A program made the position numbers and the translations under genes. A stretch of DNA of 64,000 bases from contig OZ252244.1 of assembly GCA_965249575.1 (NCBI GenBank), positions 1,824,001-1,888,000 of the forward strand, in the 5' to 3' direction. The notes under the pieces are model-generated. The model was not told the DNA's origin. It searched no databases and was given only the letters and a program-made list of their open reading frames with translations. Below are positions 19,666-29,247 of the stretch, piece by piece (position 1 is the stretch's first letter; the number at the start of each line of letters is the position of its first letter). The stretch is from Gemmatimonadales bacterium (lineage in GTDB: Bacteria > Gemmatimonadota > Gemmatimonadetes > Gemmatimonadales > GWC2-71-9).

Positions 19666-21520
19666 ATGACGCCCAGCCGTACGGTTCCCTTGGTCGTATT
19701 GGCAGCGCTATTCTCCGGCTCTGCTCCAACCTCCGTAGTGCCGGTCCACCCGATCGGGACCGAAGATCCCTTCGACATCATCCACTGGGTCGACCTCGTG
19801 GATGGAGCGCCCGTCGCCTCGTCGTCCCAATCACTTGCAGATGCCCGGCTCACGGCCTGCGCCTCCACAGAAGCCTCCTTCCGACACGGTCGCGTTGCTT
19901 CAGCCGGTTCCTGACCTGCTACAAGGACTGCAAGAATGGATCGGGGACGCGCCTGACACGACGATGGAGCTCGTTGTTATCCTGTTTGTGGATTCGATTA
20001 ATACACCTCGCCTACCGCGACCGACCATTTTCCAGCGCCAGAACCCCAACTCCGTTGACTCCGTGAGTAGCGCGGCCGAGTCGATCATCGATAGCATCGC
20101 CGCGCTCCGCACGCCGGCGTACGAGCGGATCGGAACAGAGCTTGCGGACAGGTACGGAGGCGAGGTAACCGAGACCTTCTGGATCACAAAGGCCGTTATT
20201 GCCCGGATGCCCATAGGCGGTATTAGAGCAATCGCCACTTGGCCAACCGTCATTTCGATTAGCCCGCTGGACGAGACCGCCATGCATACCGCGGCGGCGG
20301 CGGTTTCTGCTGGCTCAGTAGGGGAGGGTCGTCGCGAAATGGCGAGTGACTCATACAAGCCCATTGGCCCCGGCGGCGGGACCATTGGGTTAGTGGACCA
20401 GCTCCCAGATCTCAAACATGACCTTGTCAAGTCGCGCGTCACAAGTGCTCGCGACTGTCTGCTCAGCACGTGTCCGATCGACCCCGATCCGACGGCGAGC
20501 TTCTGCAACCATGGTACCAAGTCAGCCGCGGTCTTGAGTGGTGACGCTACGCTTGATCGCAATCGGGGGGTCACGGCGTTCCCGATACACGCGTGGAGCG
20601 TGTTCGAGAATGGAACGTTTCAGGGCCAGCGAGTGTGCAACCTCCGTAAGCACGCCGTTCTTCGTGCGCTCGCCCAAGTGCACGTCCTTGCGGACGTCGT
20701 TGTACTACCCTTTCAAATGCCTGCAGGAGCATCCAATCGTCACGACCACGTCGTCGCTGTACTGGCCGACAAGGCGTTCGACGCGGGCGCGGTCGTAATC
20801 GCAGCGGTGGGTAACGGTGGGAACAAGCCGAAGGTGGTTCCAGGGCTGGCGCACAAAGTCATTTCGGTGGGCGGGCACGTCGGCGGGGCCAGTATCATGA
20901 CCAACAACGGAGGCGTCTCGGAGGACGGTCGCGGCAAGCCCGACGTGCTTGCACCGACGAACAAGTCAATCGAGGGACTGTTGTTGCCGTTTACTCACTC
21001 AAGTGGCGCTACCGCTTTCGCAGGGGGCGCCGCAGCATTGCTGCGAATCTGGCTTGAGAAATACGGCGGAAGCACAGATCCCGGACAGACCTACGCGTAC
21101 ATGATTCTCTCAGGCCAACTTGCCACACAGGACGCCACTACCATCACGGATAACCGCGTCGGGGCAGGTCGCCTTCGCCTCCCGACAGACGGCCGCGTAT
21201 GGTGGGGGAAAATCGCAGTCAAACGCCGAGAGCAGGTGGGCATCCTGCTCAAGGTTCCCAAAAACGACGCGAACGCCTTCGACATTGCCCTCTGGTGGCC
21301 GGAAGGTGCGGCCGATCCTCACAGTGACATCGACGCCTATCTCATCGACGAGACCGGGCACGCCAGGGCGTCAGGAAGACTTAAGGGGAGCGTGTTCGAG
21401 CGGGCACGCCATCCCGATCCTCCCGATCCCGGGGACTGGAAGCTCTGCATTCATGGATTCGACGTGGAAGACAACAAATCACAGACGGTATACTGGGCGG
21501 CGGCTGCACTGGAGAGGTAG
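19666..21520 (+). CDS. S8 (subtilisin-like) serine peptidase; probable frameshift after the signal peptide (~19830-19880)
   Basis: IGLVD, NHGT, AAVGN, GRGKPDVLAP, SSGATAFAGGAAALL; C-terminal PPC-like domain. The 19666 ORF supplies a signal-like N-terminus in another frame. Confidence 0.8.
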
Positions 21521-21552
21521 ACCCACGTGGTCCCGATCCCGTTCCCAGTAGC

Positions 21553-22389
21553 CTAGCCCCCCAACTCCGCCACCAGCTCCGCCCCGCTCCCGGGCCGCTT
21601 CTTCGTCTTTTTTTCCAGGGCCCGGGCCACCGCGCGGTCGACACTTTTGGAGATTGCGGGGTCGGTGCTGCGGAGCGAGGCGGGTCGCTGGCGTACCTGG
21701 CGGGTGAGCACTGCAAACGGGGTCGGGCCGCTGAACGGCGGCTCGCCCGCCAGCATCTCGTAGAGCACGCACCCGAGCGCGTAGATGTCGGCCGCGCCCG
21801 TGATGTCGGGCTGCGACGTCGCCTGCTCGGGACTCATGTAGCTCGGCGTGCCAATCACCAAGCCGGTGGACGAGAGCTTCTCACCACCGGCAATGACGAC
21901 CGCCCGCGCAACGCCGAAATCGCAGACGATCGTCCGCTCCCCATCGAAGATGATGTTCTCGGGCTTAATGTCGCGGTGTATGACGTCGTGCGCGTGCGCA
22001 TGATCGACAGCTTCCGCAACGTCCCGGGTGATGGCAACCGCCTCCTCGACGGGTAGCCGCCCCTCACGCTCGAGCCGGCCGCGCAACGACTCCCCCCTCG
22101 CAAACGGCATCACGAAATACAGTTGTTGCGCTGCGTCGCCGGATTCGTAGACGGGGAGAATGCTCGGGTGATCCAACTCCTTGAGGATCTCCACCTCGAG
22201 GTGGAAGCGCCGCGCCATGACCGAAAACGCCAGCTCTGGCCGGAGCACCTTGATCGCCACCTCGCGATCGCCTTCCAGGTCGAGGGCGTGGTAGACCGTG
22301 GCCATGCCGCCCCGCCCGATCATTTCCTGGACGCGATAGCGGCCCTCTAGCGCCGCCCTGCTTTCCTCGAGTGCCCGATCGGTCACCAA
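21553..22389 (-). CDS. Stand-alone Hanks-type Ser/Thr kinase domain
   Basis: GRGGMA, VAIK, HRDIKPEN, DFG, GTPSYMSPE, DIYALG. Confidence 0.92.
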   Translation of the reverse strand: MVTDRALEESRAALEGRYRVQEMIGRGGMATVYHALDLEGDREVAIKVLRPELAFSVMARRFHLEVEILKELDHPSILPVYESGDAAQQLYFVMPFARGESLRGRLEREGRLPVEEAVAITRDVAEAVDHAHAHDVIHRDIKPENIIFDGERTIVCDFGVARAVVIAGGEKLSSTGLVIGTPSYMSPEQATSQPDITGAADIYALGCVLYEMLAGEPPFSGPTPFAVLTRQVRQRPASLRSTDPAISKSVDRAVARALEKKTKKRPGSGAELVAELGG

Positions 22390-22400
22390 ACCTCATGGGT

Positions 22401-22486
22401 CATTGAGCATTGAAAACATTGAACAATGCACAATGAACAAGGACTAAGGACCGACGCTCGATGACCAATGTTCAGTGACTAGTGAC
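22401..22486. repeat. Degenerate heptamer tandem/inverted repeat array
   Basis: CATTGAG CATTGAA AA CATTGAA, then nine in-register 7-mers: CAATGCA CAATGAA CAAGGAC TAAGGAC CGACGCT CGATGAC CAATGTT CAGTGAC TAGTGAC. Confidence 0.7.
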
Positions 22487-22488
22487 TC

Positions 22489-24522
22489 CTAACCAATCAC
22501 CGCGAACTCCGGCTCCCATGCGGTGATGTACCCCGCCACGGCGCTGGCGGCGGTGGTGTAGGGACTGGCAAGATAGAGCTGCCCCGGGCCGGATCGGCCC
22601 GGGAAGTTGCGGTTGATTGCGCTAATGGTCACGGTCTCCCGATCGTAAGAGACCCCGGGGCCCGCGTTGATGCAGGCGCCGCAGGAGGGTTCGATGAACT
22701 CAGCACCCACATCGCGGAACACCTCGAGATATCCCTGCTCCCCGCAGTAGCGCTTGACCTCCTGCGAGCCACACTGCACGTAACACTTCACATCTGCGTG
22801 AACCCGCCGTCCGGCATCCAGCGCGGCCTTGAAGACCCGCGCGTACATGTCCATGTCGGATTTCTTCCCGGCCGTGCACGAGCCCGCGTAGGCGATGTCG
22901 ACCTTCACCTGGCCGCCCAGCTCCGCGATGAACAGACCGTTGCCGGGGTCTCCCGGTAGCGCGACCATCGGCCTCAACTCCGCGGCGTCCAACTCGATCA
23001 CGGTCTCGTACTCGGCGTCTTCGTCGGAGGATAGTCCCTCCAGCAGCGGACGCACGTCCTGTGGCGGGGCGCCTCGCTCGCGAGCCAGGAACTCGACGGC
23101 TTTCTCGTCTGGACGAACGATGCCGGTGAACGCGCCGACCTCAGCCGCCATGTTGGTCATCGTGGCACGCTCGTCGATCGAGAGGTCCTGCACCGCTTCA
23201 CCGGCATACTCCACGATCTTGCCGATCGCATGGCCGTTCTTGACGTACGGCTGCCTCAAGATCTGCAGCATGAAGTCCTTGGCGGTGATGTTCTCCGGCC
23301 GCTGCCCGTCCACCCTGACCAACACCGACGGCGGGACCTTGAGGCGGACGTCCTTCGTGAGCCAGGAGTTGAAGATGGCCGTGGTTCCGACGCCAAAGGC
23401 GACGCTCCCGATGGCGCCGGCATGCGGCGTGTGGGAGTCGCTCCCAATGATCAGTTGTCCCGGGAGCGCGTGCTGCTCGAGGATCTTCGAATGGCAGATC
23501 GCCTCCGACCCCCGCACGATCTCGTTCCGGCCAACGCGGGGCAGCTCTCCGTACAACTTCACACCCTGTCGTTTTGCAAACTCCTCCTGCTTTCGCTTGA
23601 GCTCGAGCGCCACGTCGAGTAGCCCGTCGGCCTTGCGCTCGTCCGTCATGGCCAGCTCGAGGAACGTTAGATGGTCCCGGAACAAGAACACGGAGTCCGG
23701 ATCGATGATGCGCTCGTTTTCTCCCACGTTGTCCCGCCAGAAAATCGCCGCCATCGGAGTGACGTATTCGTGACTGAACCGAACATCCGTGCGAACGAAC
23801 CCCTCATCACCCGGCTTGACGTACGGAACTCCAATCGCATCCTGTGAAAGATCCACCACCCAGTGTCGCGCGATGATCTTTTCACCGAGGGTCATCGGCC
23901 GCTTCGCGGTGGTGACCGCCGGCGGGCGGACCTTGCCCTGGATGCGCGCGACGTTGTACTGGAAAAGACCGCCGTGTTCGATGATGCCCACAGTGATCTC
24001 CCCCTCGTTCGCCGTAAACTCGGACAGCGGGATCTCTTCACCCCCACCGATTCGATCGATGAGCGAGAAATCGGTGCTCGTCAGGACGCCGAGATTCTGA
24101 CAATTCTCCCTGTAAATGCGCTCGATGCTCTCAGCAATCACTAGACGAATGCCCGCGCACATTTCAGCGTATGGGGACTGCTCGCGAGACGACCCTTTGC
24201 CACGGCGTTTGCCGCTCACCGAGCACACGAACCCGCCGGCCTTTACGATTCCACGAGTGATCGGGAACTCTTCTCCAGCCTTGAGTCCGAGGTAGGGAAA
24301 TTCTCCGAGCGTCTCGTCGTAGTAGTAGCAGATGTACGCGGGAGTGATCTCGTCGGTCGAGATGTTGTCGCGCAACGTGCAGGAAACCGGCCACGAGAGG
24401 TCCTCCCCGTCGAGCTGCCTCCGCACGAGGTCGGCGTCATCTACGAGGTACAGCACCCGGCCAGCGAAGCGCACGGAGCTCGGCCGACGCTCGATGGATC
24501 GGTGTTTGAGACTGTCAATCAT
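22489..24522 (-). CDS. Aconitase-family hydro-lyase: LeuD-like swivel domain fused N-terminal to a LeuC-like domain
   Basis: DNISTDEITP and GKGSSREQSP (swivel), then MTLGEKII, GSDSHT, GSCT, CGAC and NRNFPGR. Start at MIDSLKH. Confidence 0.88.
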   Translation of the reverse strand: MIDSLKHRSIERRPSSVRFAGRVLYLVDDADLVRRQLDGEDLSWPVSCTLRDNISTDEITPAYICYYYDETLGEFPYLGLKAGEEFPITRGIVKAGGFVCSVSGKRRGKGSSREQSPYAEMCAGIRLVIAESIERIYRENCQNLGVLTSTDFSLIDRIGGGEEIPLSEFTANEGEITVGIIEHGGLFQYNVARIQGKVRPPAVTTAKRPMTLGEKIIARHWVVDLSQDAIGVPYVKPGDEGFVRTDVRFSHEYVTPMAAIFWRDNVGENERIIDPDSVFLFRDHLTFLELAMTDERKADGLLDVALELKRKQEEFAKRQGVKLYGELPRVGRNEIVRGSEAICHSKILEQHALPGQLIIGSDSHTPHAGAIGSVAFGVGTTAIFNSWLTKDVRLKVPPSVLVRVDGQRPENITAKDFMLQILRQPYVKNGHAIGKIVEYAGEAVQDLSIDERATMTNMAAEVGAFTGIVRPDEKAVEFLARERGAPPQDVRPLLEGLSSDEDAEYETVIELDAAELRPMVALPGDPGNGLFIAELGGQVKVDIAYAGSCTAGKKSDMDMYARVFKAALDAGRRVHADVKCYVQCGSQEVKRYCGEQGYLEVFRDVGAEFIEPSCGACINAGPGVSYDRETVTISAINRNFPGRSGPGQLYLASPYTTAASAVAGYITAWEPEFAVIG

Positions 24523-24583
24523 GACCGAAAGTTGCCGGCTCCCTGCCAGCAAGGCAAGCTGATCGCTACAATACTGATTACCA

Positions 24584-25567
24584 ATGCCTACTGTTCGGTA
24601 CCACCGCGATCCAGGTAGGATTCGCGAGAAGCGGCCGAGGCCGGTTCCCTTCGCGCGCCTGGCGGCTCTGGCGGTCACTGGAATGAGCTGCCTGCTCACC
24701 GGGACGGCCGAGGCCACCGGCGCGTGGGTGCAATCGCCTACCGTGGCTACCCTCGAGCGCAGTGGACTGCTCCGTTCCGAGGCGCTGGACGAAAGCTCCG
24801 GCCTTGCGGTGAGTCGACAGCATCCCGGCATTCTCTGGACGCATAACGACTCCGGGAGTGACCCGTTTGTTTTCGCGATCAACCTGAAAGGAGAATTGCT
24901 GGGAGGCTACCATATCGCCGCTACCGCGTCCGTAGATTGGGAGGACATTGCGCTGGGCCGTTGCCCGTGGAGTGAGGCGGACTGCCTTTATGTCGCGGAT
25001 ACCGGTGACAACTCGGAAAAGCGGGACAGCGTGGCCATCTACGCGTTCCGCGAACCCGAGCCGCCTGGCGCCGGAGTCTCGCCGCGCGTCGCCAGCGCCC
25101 GGAGGCTGACCGTCAGATACCCCGATCGCCCGCACGACGTCGAGTCGCTCGCGATCACCCCGAACGGGAACCTCACGCTCTTCACCAAGGGATGGAGGGG
25201 TGGAATCATTCGATTCGAGATAGCGCGAGCGGCGTGGCACGAAGGCTCGACCACGGCCCGTATGATCGACACACTCGACATCGTCCCTCAGTTCCCACTC
25301 GGCAGGCTGGCCACGGGTGCAGCCATATCTCCAAGCGGTAACCGGCTCGTCATTCGGACGTACACGGAACTGTACTTTTTCAGCCGTTCGGCGAATAATG
25401 GCCTTGTGGCCGACGGCGCCCCCTGCTGGCTGGGCGCCATCGAGCCGCAGGGCGAGGCGGTGGATTTCTTAGACGAGGGGACGGTCGTTCTCACGAGCGA
25501 GTCGCAGGGGGGGACCCCCGGACCAGTGTACCTGGCCACCTGCCCGACGTCGGCGGAGAGCCGGTGA
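24584..25567 (+). CDS. Secreted/membrane-anchored hypothetical protein (beta-propeller-like)
   Basis: ESSGLA, WTHNDSG, DWEDIA, LYVADTGDN and QGEAV motifs. Confidence 0.75.
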   Translation: MPTVRYHRDPGRIREKRPRPVPFARLAALAVTGMSCLLTGTAEATGAWVQSPTVATLERSGLLRSEALDESSGLAVSRQHPGILWTHNDSGSDPFVFAINLKGELLGGYHIAATASVDWEDIALGRCPWSEADCLYVADTGDNSEKRDSVAIYAFREPEPPGAGVSPRVASARRLTVRYPDRPHDVESLAITPNGNLTLFTKGWRGGIIRFEIARAAWHEGSTTARMIDTLDIVPQFPLGRLATGAAISPSGNRLVIRTYTELYFFSRSANNGLVADGAPCWLGAIEPQGEAVDFLDEGTVVLTSESQGGTPGPVYLATCPTSAESR

Positions 25568-27246
25568 GTAGTCGAGCGCCCGGTGCAACAAGAGTATTTT
25601 TCGCCGCTGCACTCGGACTGCTTGCGTTAGGCCCCGCTTCGCGCAGCCTCCGGGGACAGGCGCCTCCACATCCCAGCCGGGCGCTCGACATTCCCACCAC
25701 CGACATGCTGCGAAGTCATCTGCGGTTCTTGTCGCACGATCTGCTCGATGGTCGGGCGCCCGGCACTCGGGGCGGCCAGCTCGCCGCCCATTACATCGCC
25801 GCGCAGTTCGAGGCGCTCGGCCTTGAGCCGGGTGGCGCAGGCGATTCGTACTTCCAACGGGTGCCCCTCGTGGCGATCACGCCGGAGCCGTCGCTGGTGG
25901 TCGGCTCGCGCGGCCGGACGATGAGTCTCAGCCTGTTCGACGATTTCGTTGCATGGCCGGAGGTACCCGATTCGGTGGTGATCGCTGACGGGGAGTTGGT
26001 GTTCGTCGGCTACGGTATAACCGCGCCCGAATGGAATTGGGACGATTACGAAGGGACGCTCCTGACCGGCAAGATCGTGGTCGCGTTGGTGAACGATCCC
26101 GGATTCACCGACTCGACTGTATTCCGCGGCAAGGCGCTCACCTACTACGGGCGCTGGACTTACAAGCTCGAGCAAGCGGCGCGCATGGGCGCGGTTGGCG
26201 TGTTGTTGGTACATACCGCCGCCAGCACCGGCTACCCGTGGAGCGTTGTACGGAGTTCATGGGCGGGCGAACAACTCCAACCTGCGGGGAAGCCGCCGGG
26301 CAGCCTGCGGTTCGCGGGATGGATAACCGAGGCAGCCGCTCGCCGCATTTTGCGAGCCGCAGGGCGGGACTACGAAGCGATGCGGAGGCGAGCAGGTTTT
26401 GCGGCCTTCAAGCCCATGGCTGTCGGCGCCAACGTGGCGATACACATCACGAGCGCCGTGAGAACCGTCGATGCCGCAAATGTCGTCGGCATCCTGTCCG
26501 GAGTTGATCCGGGGATGCGCTCGCAAGCGGTCGTCTACACATCCCACTACGATCACAAGGGAATAGGCCCCCCGGTACGCGGGGACTCCATCTATAACGG
26601 AGCTTGGGACAACGCGTCAGGAGTCGCCGCGCTGCTCGCGACGGCCGCTGGCTTCACGGGTGCCGATACCGCTCCGGGACGTTCCATCGTCTTCTTCGCC
26701 ACCGCGGCAGAAGAAGCTGGCCTGCTCGGGTCGCGCACCTATGTGGCAGATCCCGCGGTGCCATTAGCAGAGACCGCGGCGGTCATCAACATCGATGGCG
26801 CGAACTTGCTGGGAGCGACCGAGGACGCAGTGGCCGTGGGAGCGGACCAGTCTACCCTTGGTGTGGTCTTCGAGACTCAGGCGCGGGCGGAAGGACTTGC
26901 GGTATCGCCGGACCCGCGCCCGGAAAGCGGGGGCTTTTTCCGTTCGGATCAACTGCCGTTCGCCCGAGCTGGGGTGCCCGCCCTGTCGATACGCCCCGGG
27001 ACGACGTTCGTCGGCCGCGCACCGGGATGGGGAGAGGAGCGGTACAGGGAATTCACTGCTCGGCATTACCACCAGCCAAGCGACGAGTGGCGGCCGGGTT
27101 TCTCCTATGACGGCGCCCTCCAGCAGGTGCGTCTGATGATCCGGCTGGGCTGGGCCATCGGCACTTCGCCGGACCTGCCAACCTGGCTTCCAGACTCGGA
27201 ATACGCAGCAGCAGGCCGAAAGCTGCGGGCAGGCCGCCGGCCGTAG
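25564..27246 (+). CDS. M28 family aminopeptidase with PA domain
   Basis: SHYDH, GAWDNASG, AEEAGLLGS, YHQPSD; signal peptide. Confidence 0.9.
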   Translation: MSSRAPGATRVFFAAALGLLALGPASRSLRGQAPPHPSRALDIPTTDMLRSHLRFLSHDLLDGRAPGTRGGQLAAHYIAAQFEALGLEPGGAGDSYFQRVPLVAITPEPSLVVGSRGRTMSLSLFDDFVAWPEVPDSVVIADGELVFVGYGITAPEWNWDDYEGTLLTGKIVVALVNDPGFTDSTVFRGKALTYYGRWTYKLEQAARMGAVGVLLVHTAASTGYPWSVVRSSWAGEQLQPAGKPPGSLRFAGWITEAAARRILRAAGRDYEAMRRRAGFAAFKPMAVGANVAIHITSAVRTVDAANVVGILSGVDPGMRSQAVVYTSHYDHKGIGPPVRGDSIYNGAWDNASGVAALLATAAGFTGADTAPGRSIVFFATAAEEAGLLGSRTYVADPAVPLAETAAVINIDGANLLGATEDAVAVGADQSTLGVVFETQARAEGLAVSPDPRPESGGFFRSDQLPFARAGVPALSIRPGTTFVGRAPGWGEERYREFTARHYHQPSDEWRPGFSYDGALQQVRLMIRLGWAIGTSPDLPTWLPDSEYAAAGRKLRAGRRP

Positions 27247-27345
27247 CCGGTGAATCCCACCAAAGAGGGGTGGCCCGAAGCGCTCGAATCCGCTAAGTTG
27301 CCGCGCCTTTTTTAACGCCTCATACTAGACCGACCGGAGGCGCCA

Positions 27346-28452
27346 CTGGAACTCCCGACCTCGCACCGCGTTCCCGTGTCTTGGCTGCGCGAAAACGCAT
27401 GCGCTTCAATTCGCTGGCGGACCGTGGAGGACGTGCTCCCTCCGGGCGCGGCGAGCGAAGCAGACCGGGCGGCTCTTCAAGAAGAAGTCGTTACGCAAAA
27501 ACAAGTTACGCAGATCACCCGTAAGCAGAAGAGCACGGGGATTTGGGCCGACAACATCCTGGGATTGGCCCCGGCAAAGAGCCAGGGTATCAAGGGTGTT
27601 GGGACAGTGTCGCAATACCGTCGGCTACTAGAGCTCGGGCGTCCGCTCGGTGGCCGACCGTTTCGGCTAGCCGAACGCACGTTCTACCGGTTGCTCTCTC
27701 GTGATGAAGATCCGGCCCTCCTGTTCGAGTACCGCACCGGTGCGAAGACAAATCCGGAGTACGGAACCTGGGGGCGCAACCTCATACGCGAGGGCATCAG
27801 CGCGGCCTTGGCACAGGGCGGCCATATCGAGGACCCGCGCCTGCGCGGCTCCGCTCACAGAATCTCGTCGGAGATCTCCCAGTTCCTCAGGAGTGGGATC
27901 GGCGAAAAGCCGCTCATCCGAAAGAAGAACCGCACCATCCTCCATCCCGAGGCCTATCCCCCCACGGTGTATTCCGTGAGCATGATCGCGTACATGCCAA
28001 GTCTCCAGCGAGAGCGCGCCGGTTTCGTGCAGCGGCTTTGCGACTACCTCGCGAAGCCGGCTTCCAAGCGCGCGTTCTCGATAGTGCTGGGTAGAAAGAT
28101 CGTGAAGCCTACCTTTCAGTTGCTCGGCGATCCGATTCAGGCGGACGCCGCCGGACGGGCGAAGGACATCCCGTTCGCGCTCCATTGGATCGAGGTGCTG
28201 ACTAGGCTGGGCATGCTGGAGTCTTCTACCACCGCCCCGAAGGTGCTGAACCGGTTACTGGGCGAATGCGACGCGCGCGGAGTCTGGAATCCCAAGGGCC
28301 TCCGATCGCTGCCGAAAAGTCCGAGCAAGATGGCGGATTTCGCGTTTCCGCTCGAATTGGACGGGAAGACCGTGGAGAGGCGGCAGGCAGACGTCACGTT
28401 CCGCCTAGCCCTGATCGCGAAGCTGGCCGGCTGGACCCTGGAATACACCTAA
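27346..28452 (+). CDS. Hypothetical protein (start CTG 27346 or GTG 27376)
   Basis: Long ORF with typical codon usage; GGAGG SD 5 nt before the in-frame CTG. Confidence 0.7.
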   Translation: MELPTSHRVPVSWLRENACASIRWRTVEDVLPPGAASEADRAALQEEVVTQKQVTQITRKQKSTGIWADNILGLAPAKSQGIKGVGTVSQYRRLLELGRPLGGRPFRLAERTFYRLLSRDEDPALLFEYRTGAKTNPEYGTWGRNLIREGISAALAQGGHIEDPRLRGSAHRISSEISQFLRSGIGEKPLIRKKNRTILHPEAYPPTVYSVSMIAYMPSLQRERAGFVQRLCDYLAKPASKRAFSIVLGRKIVKPTFQLLGDPIQADAAGRAKDIPFALHWIEVLTRLGMLESSTTAPKVLNRLLGECDARGVWNPKGLRSLPKSPSKMADFAFPLELDGKTVERRQADVTFRLALIAKLAGWTLEYT

Positions 28453-28484
28453 CGGCCCGTGGCAACGGGGCCAGCCAAAGCTAG

Positions 28485-28529
28485 TTGCATAACAGGCAAG
28501 AAACAGCCATAGTTGTTGTCATAACAACT
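28485..28529 (+). promoter_or_regulatory. Sigma70-like promoter with overlapping palindromic operator for the trmB-tetR pair
   Basis: TTGCAT-17 nt-CATAGT; AGTTGTT-GTCAT-AACAACT inverted repeat at 28511-28529. Confidence 0.55.
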
Positions 28530-28536
28530 CCGGCTC

Positions 28537-29241
28537 ATGATCGACCTCTCCCCGTTCGGATTCACCAAGACAGAGAGCACGGCCTATTCGGCGCTGCTCG
28601 CTCGCGGGCCTTCAGGTGGATATGCTGTGGCGAAGGCCTTGAGTATCGCCCGCGCGAACGCGTATCAGGCGCTGAACGGACTAGTTGCCAAGGGTGCAGC
28701 GATTCGTCTCGACGGACAGCCTCAGCGATTCAAGGCAATCCGGCCGCAGGCGCTCCTTGCGCGACTGGTCGAGCGCGTTGGCGGGCAACTCGACCGGCTC
28801 GAATCGCAAATCGCTGAAGATGGGGCGGGCGACGGCGACGCCGTCTTGCCGATCACCGGCAGTCGTGCGTTTCTGGACGTCGCGACCCGAACAGCCGCGC
28901 GCGCGGTGTCGCCGGTTACCTGCGTCGCTCCCCAACAGGAGTTGCAGGACCTTGCGCCGGCCTGGCGTAAGCGTGCCGCCGACGGACACCAGACCGATCT
29001 CTGGGTCATCGGTTCCCTCCCGGAGACCTTCCCGCTCCAACTGGCGGGAAGCGTCTCGGATGAGCGCGCTAAGAGTTGTTTTGGTGGCTCGGTGGCGCTG
29101 CTCTCCTGCGCCGAAGGCGCCGTTGTGGTCACGCTCGATGGCGATGCCGCGCGAGGCTACTGGACCTCGGACCCCGTACTACTCGGCACGTTGTGTGGAG
29201 CGGTAGCCCACCTCACGGGGGCTGATGTCTCTGGCAGGTGA
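28537..29241 (+). CDS. TrmB-family transcriptional regulator
   Basis: FGFTKTESTAYSALL...GYAVAKALSIARANAYQALNGLVAKG winged HTH. Confidence 0.85.
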   Translation: MIDLSPFGFTKTESTAYSALLARGPSGGYAVAKALSIARANAYQALNGLVAKGAAIRLDGQPQRFKAIRPQALLARLVERVGGQLDRLESQIAEDGAGDGDAVLPITGSRAFLDVATRTAARAVSPVTCVAPQQELQDLAPAWRKRAADGHQTDLWVIGSLPETFPLQLAGSVSDERAKSCFGGSVALLSCAEGAVVVTLDGDAARGYWTSDPVLLGTLCGAVAHLTGADVSGR

Positions 29242-29247
29242 TGTAAC

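Noticed and set aside
22489..24882. 797-aa version of the aconitase-like ORF
   Set aside because: The extra N-terminal 120 aa overlap the divergent 24584 gene and look non-coding; ATG 24522 is preferred.
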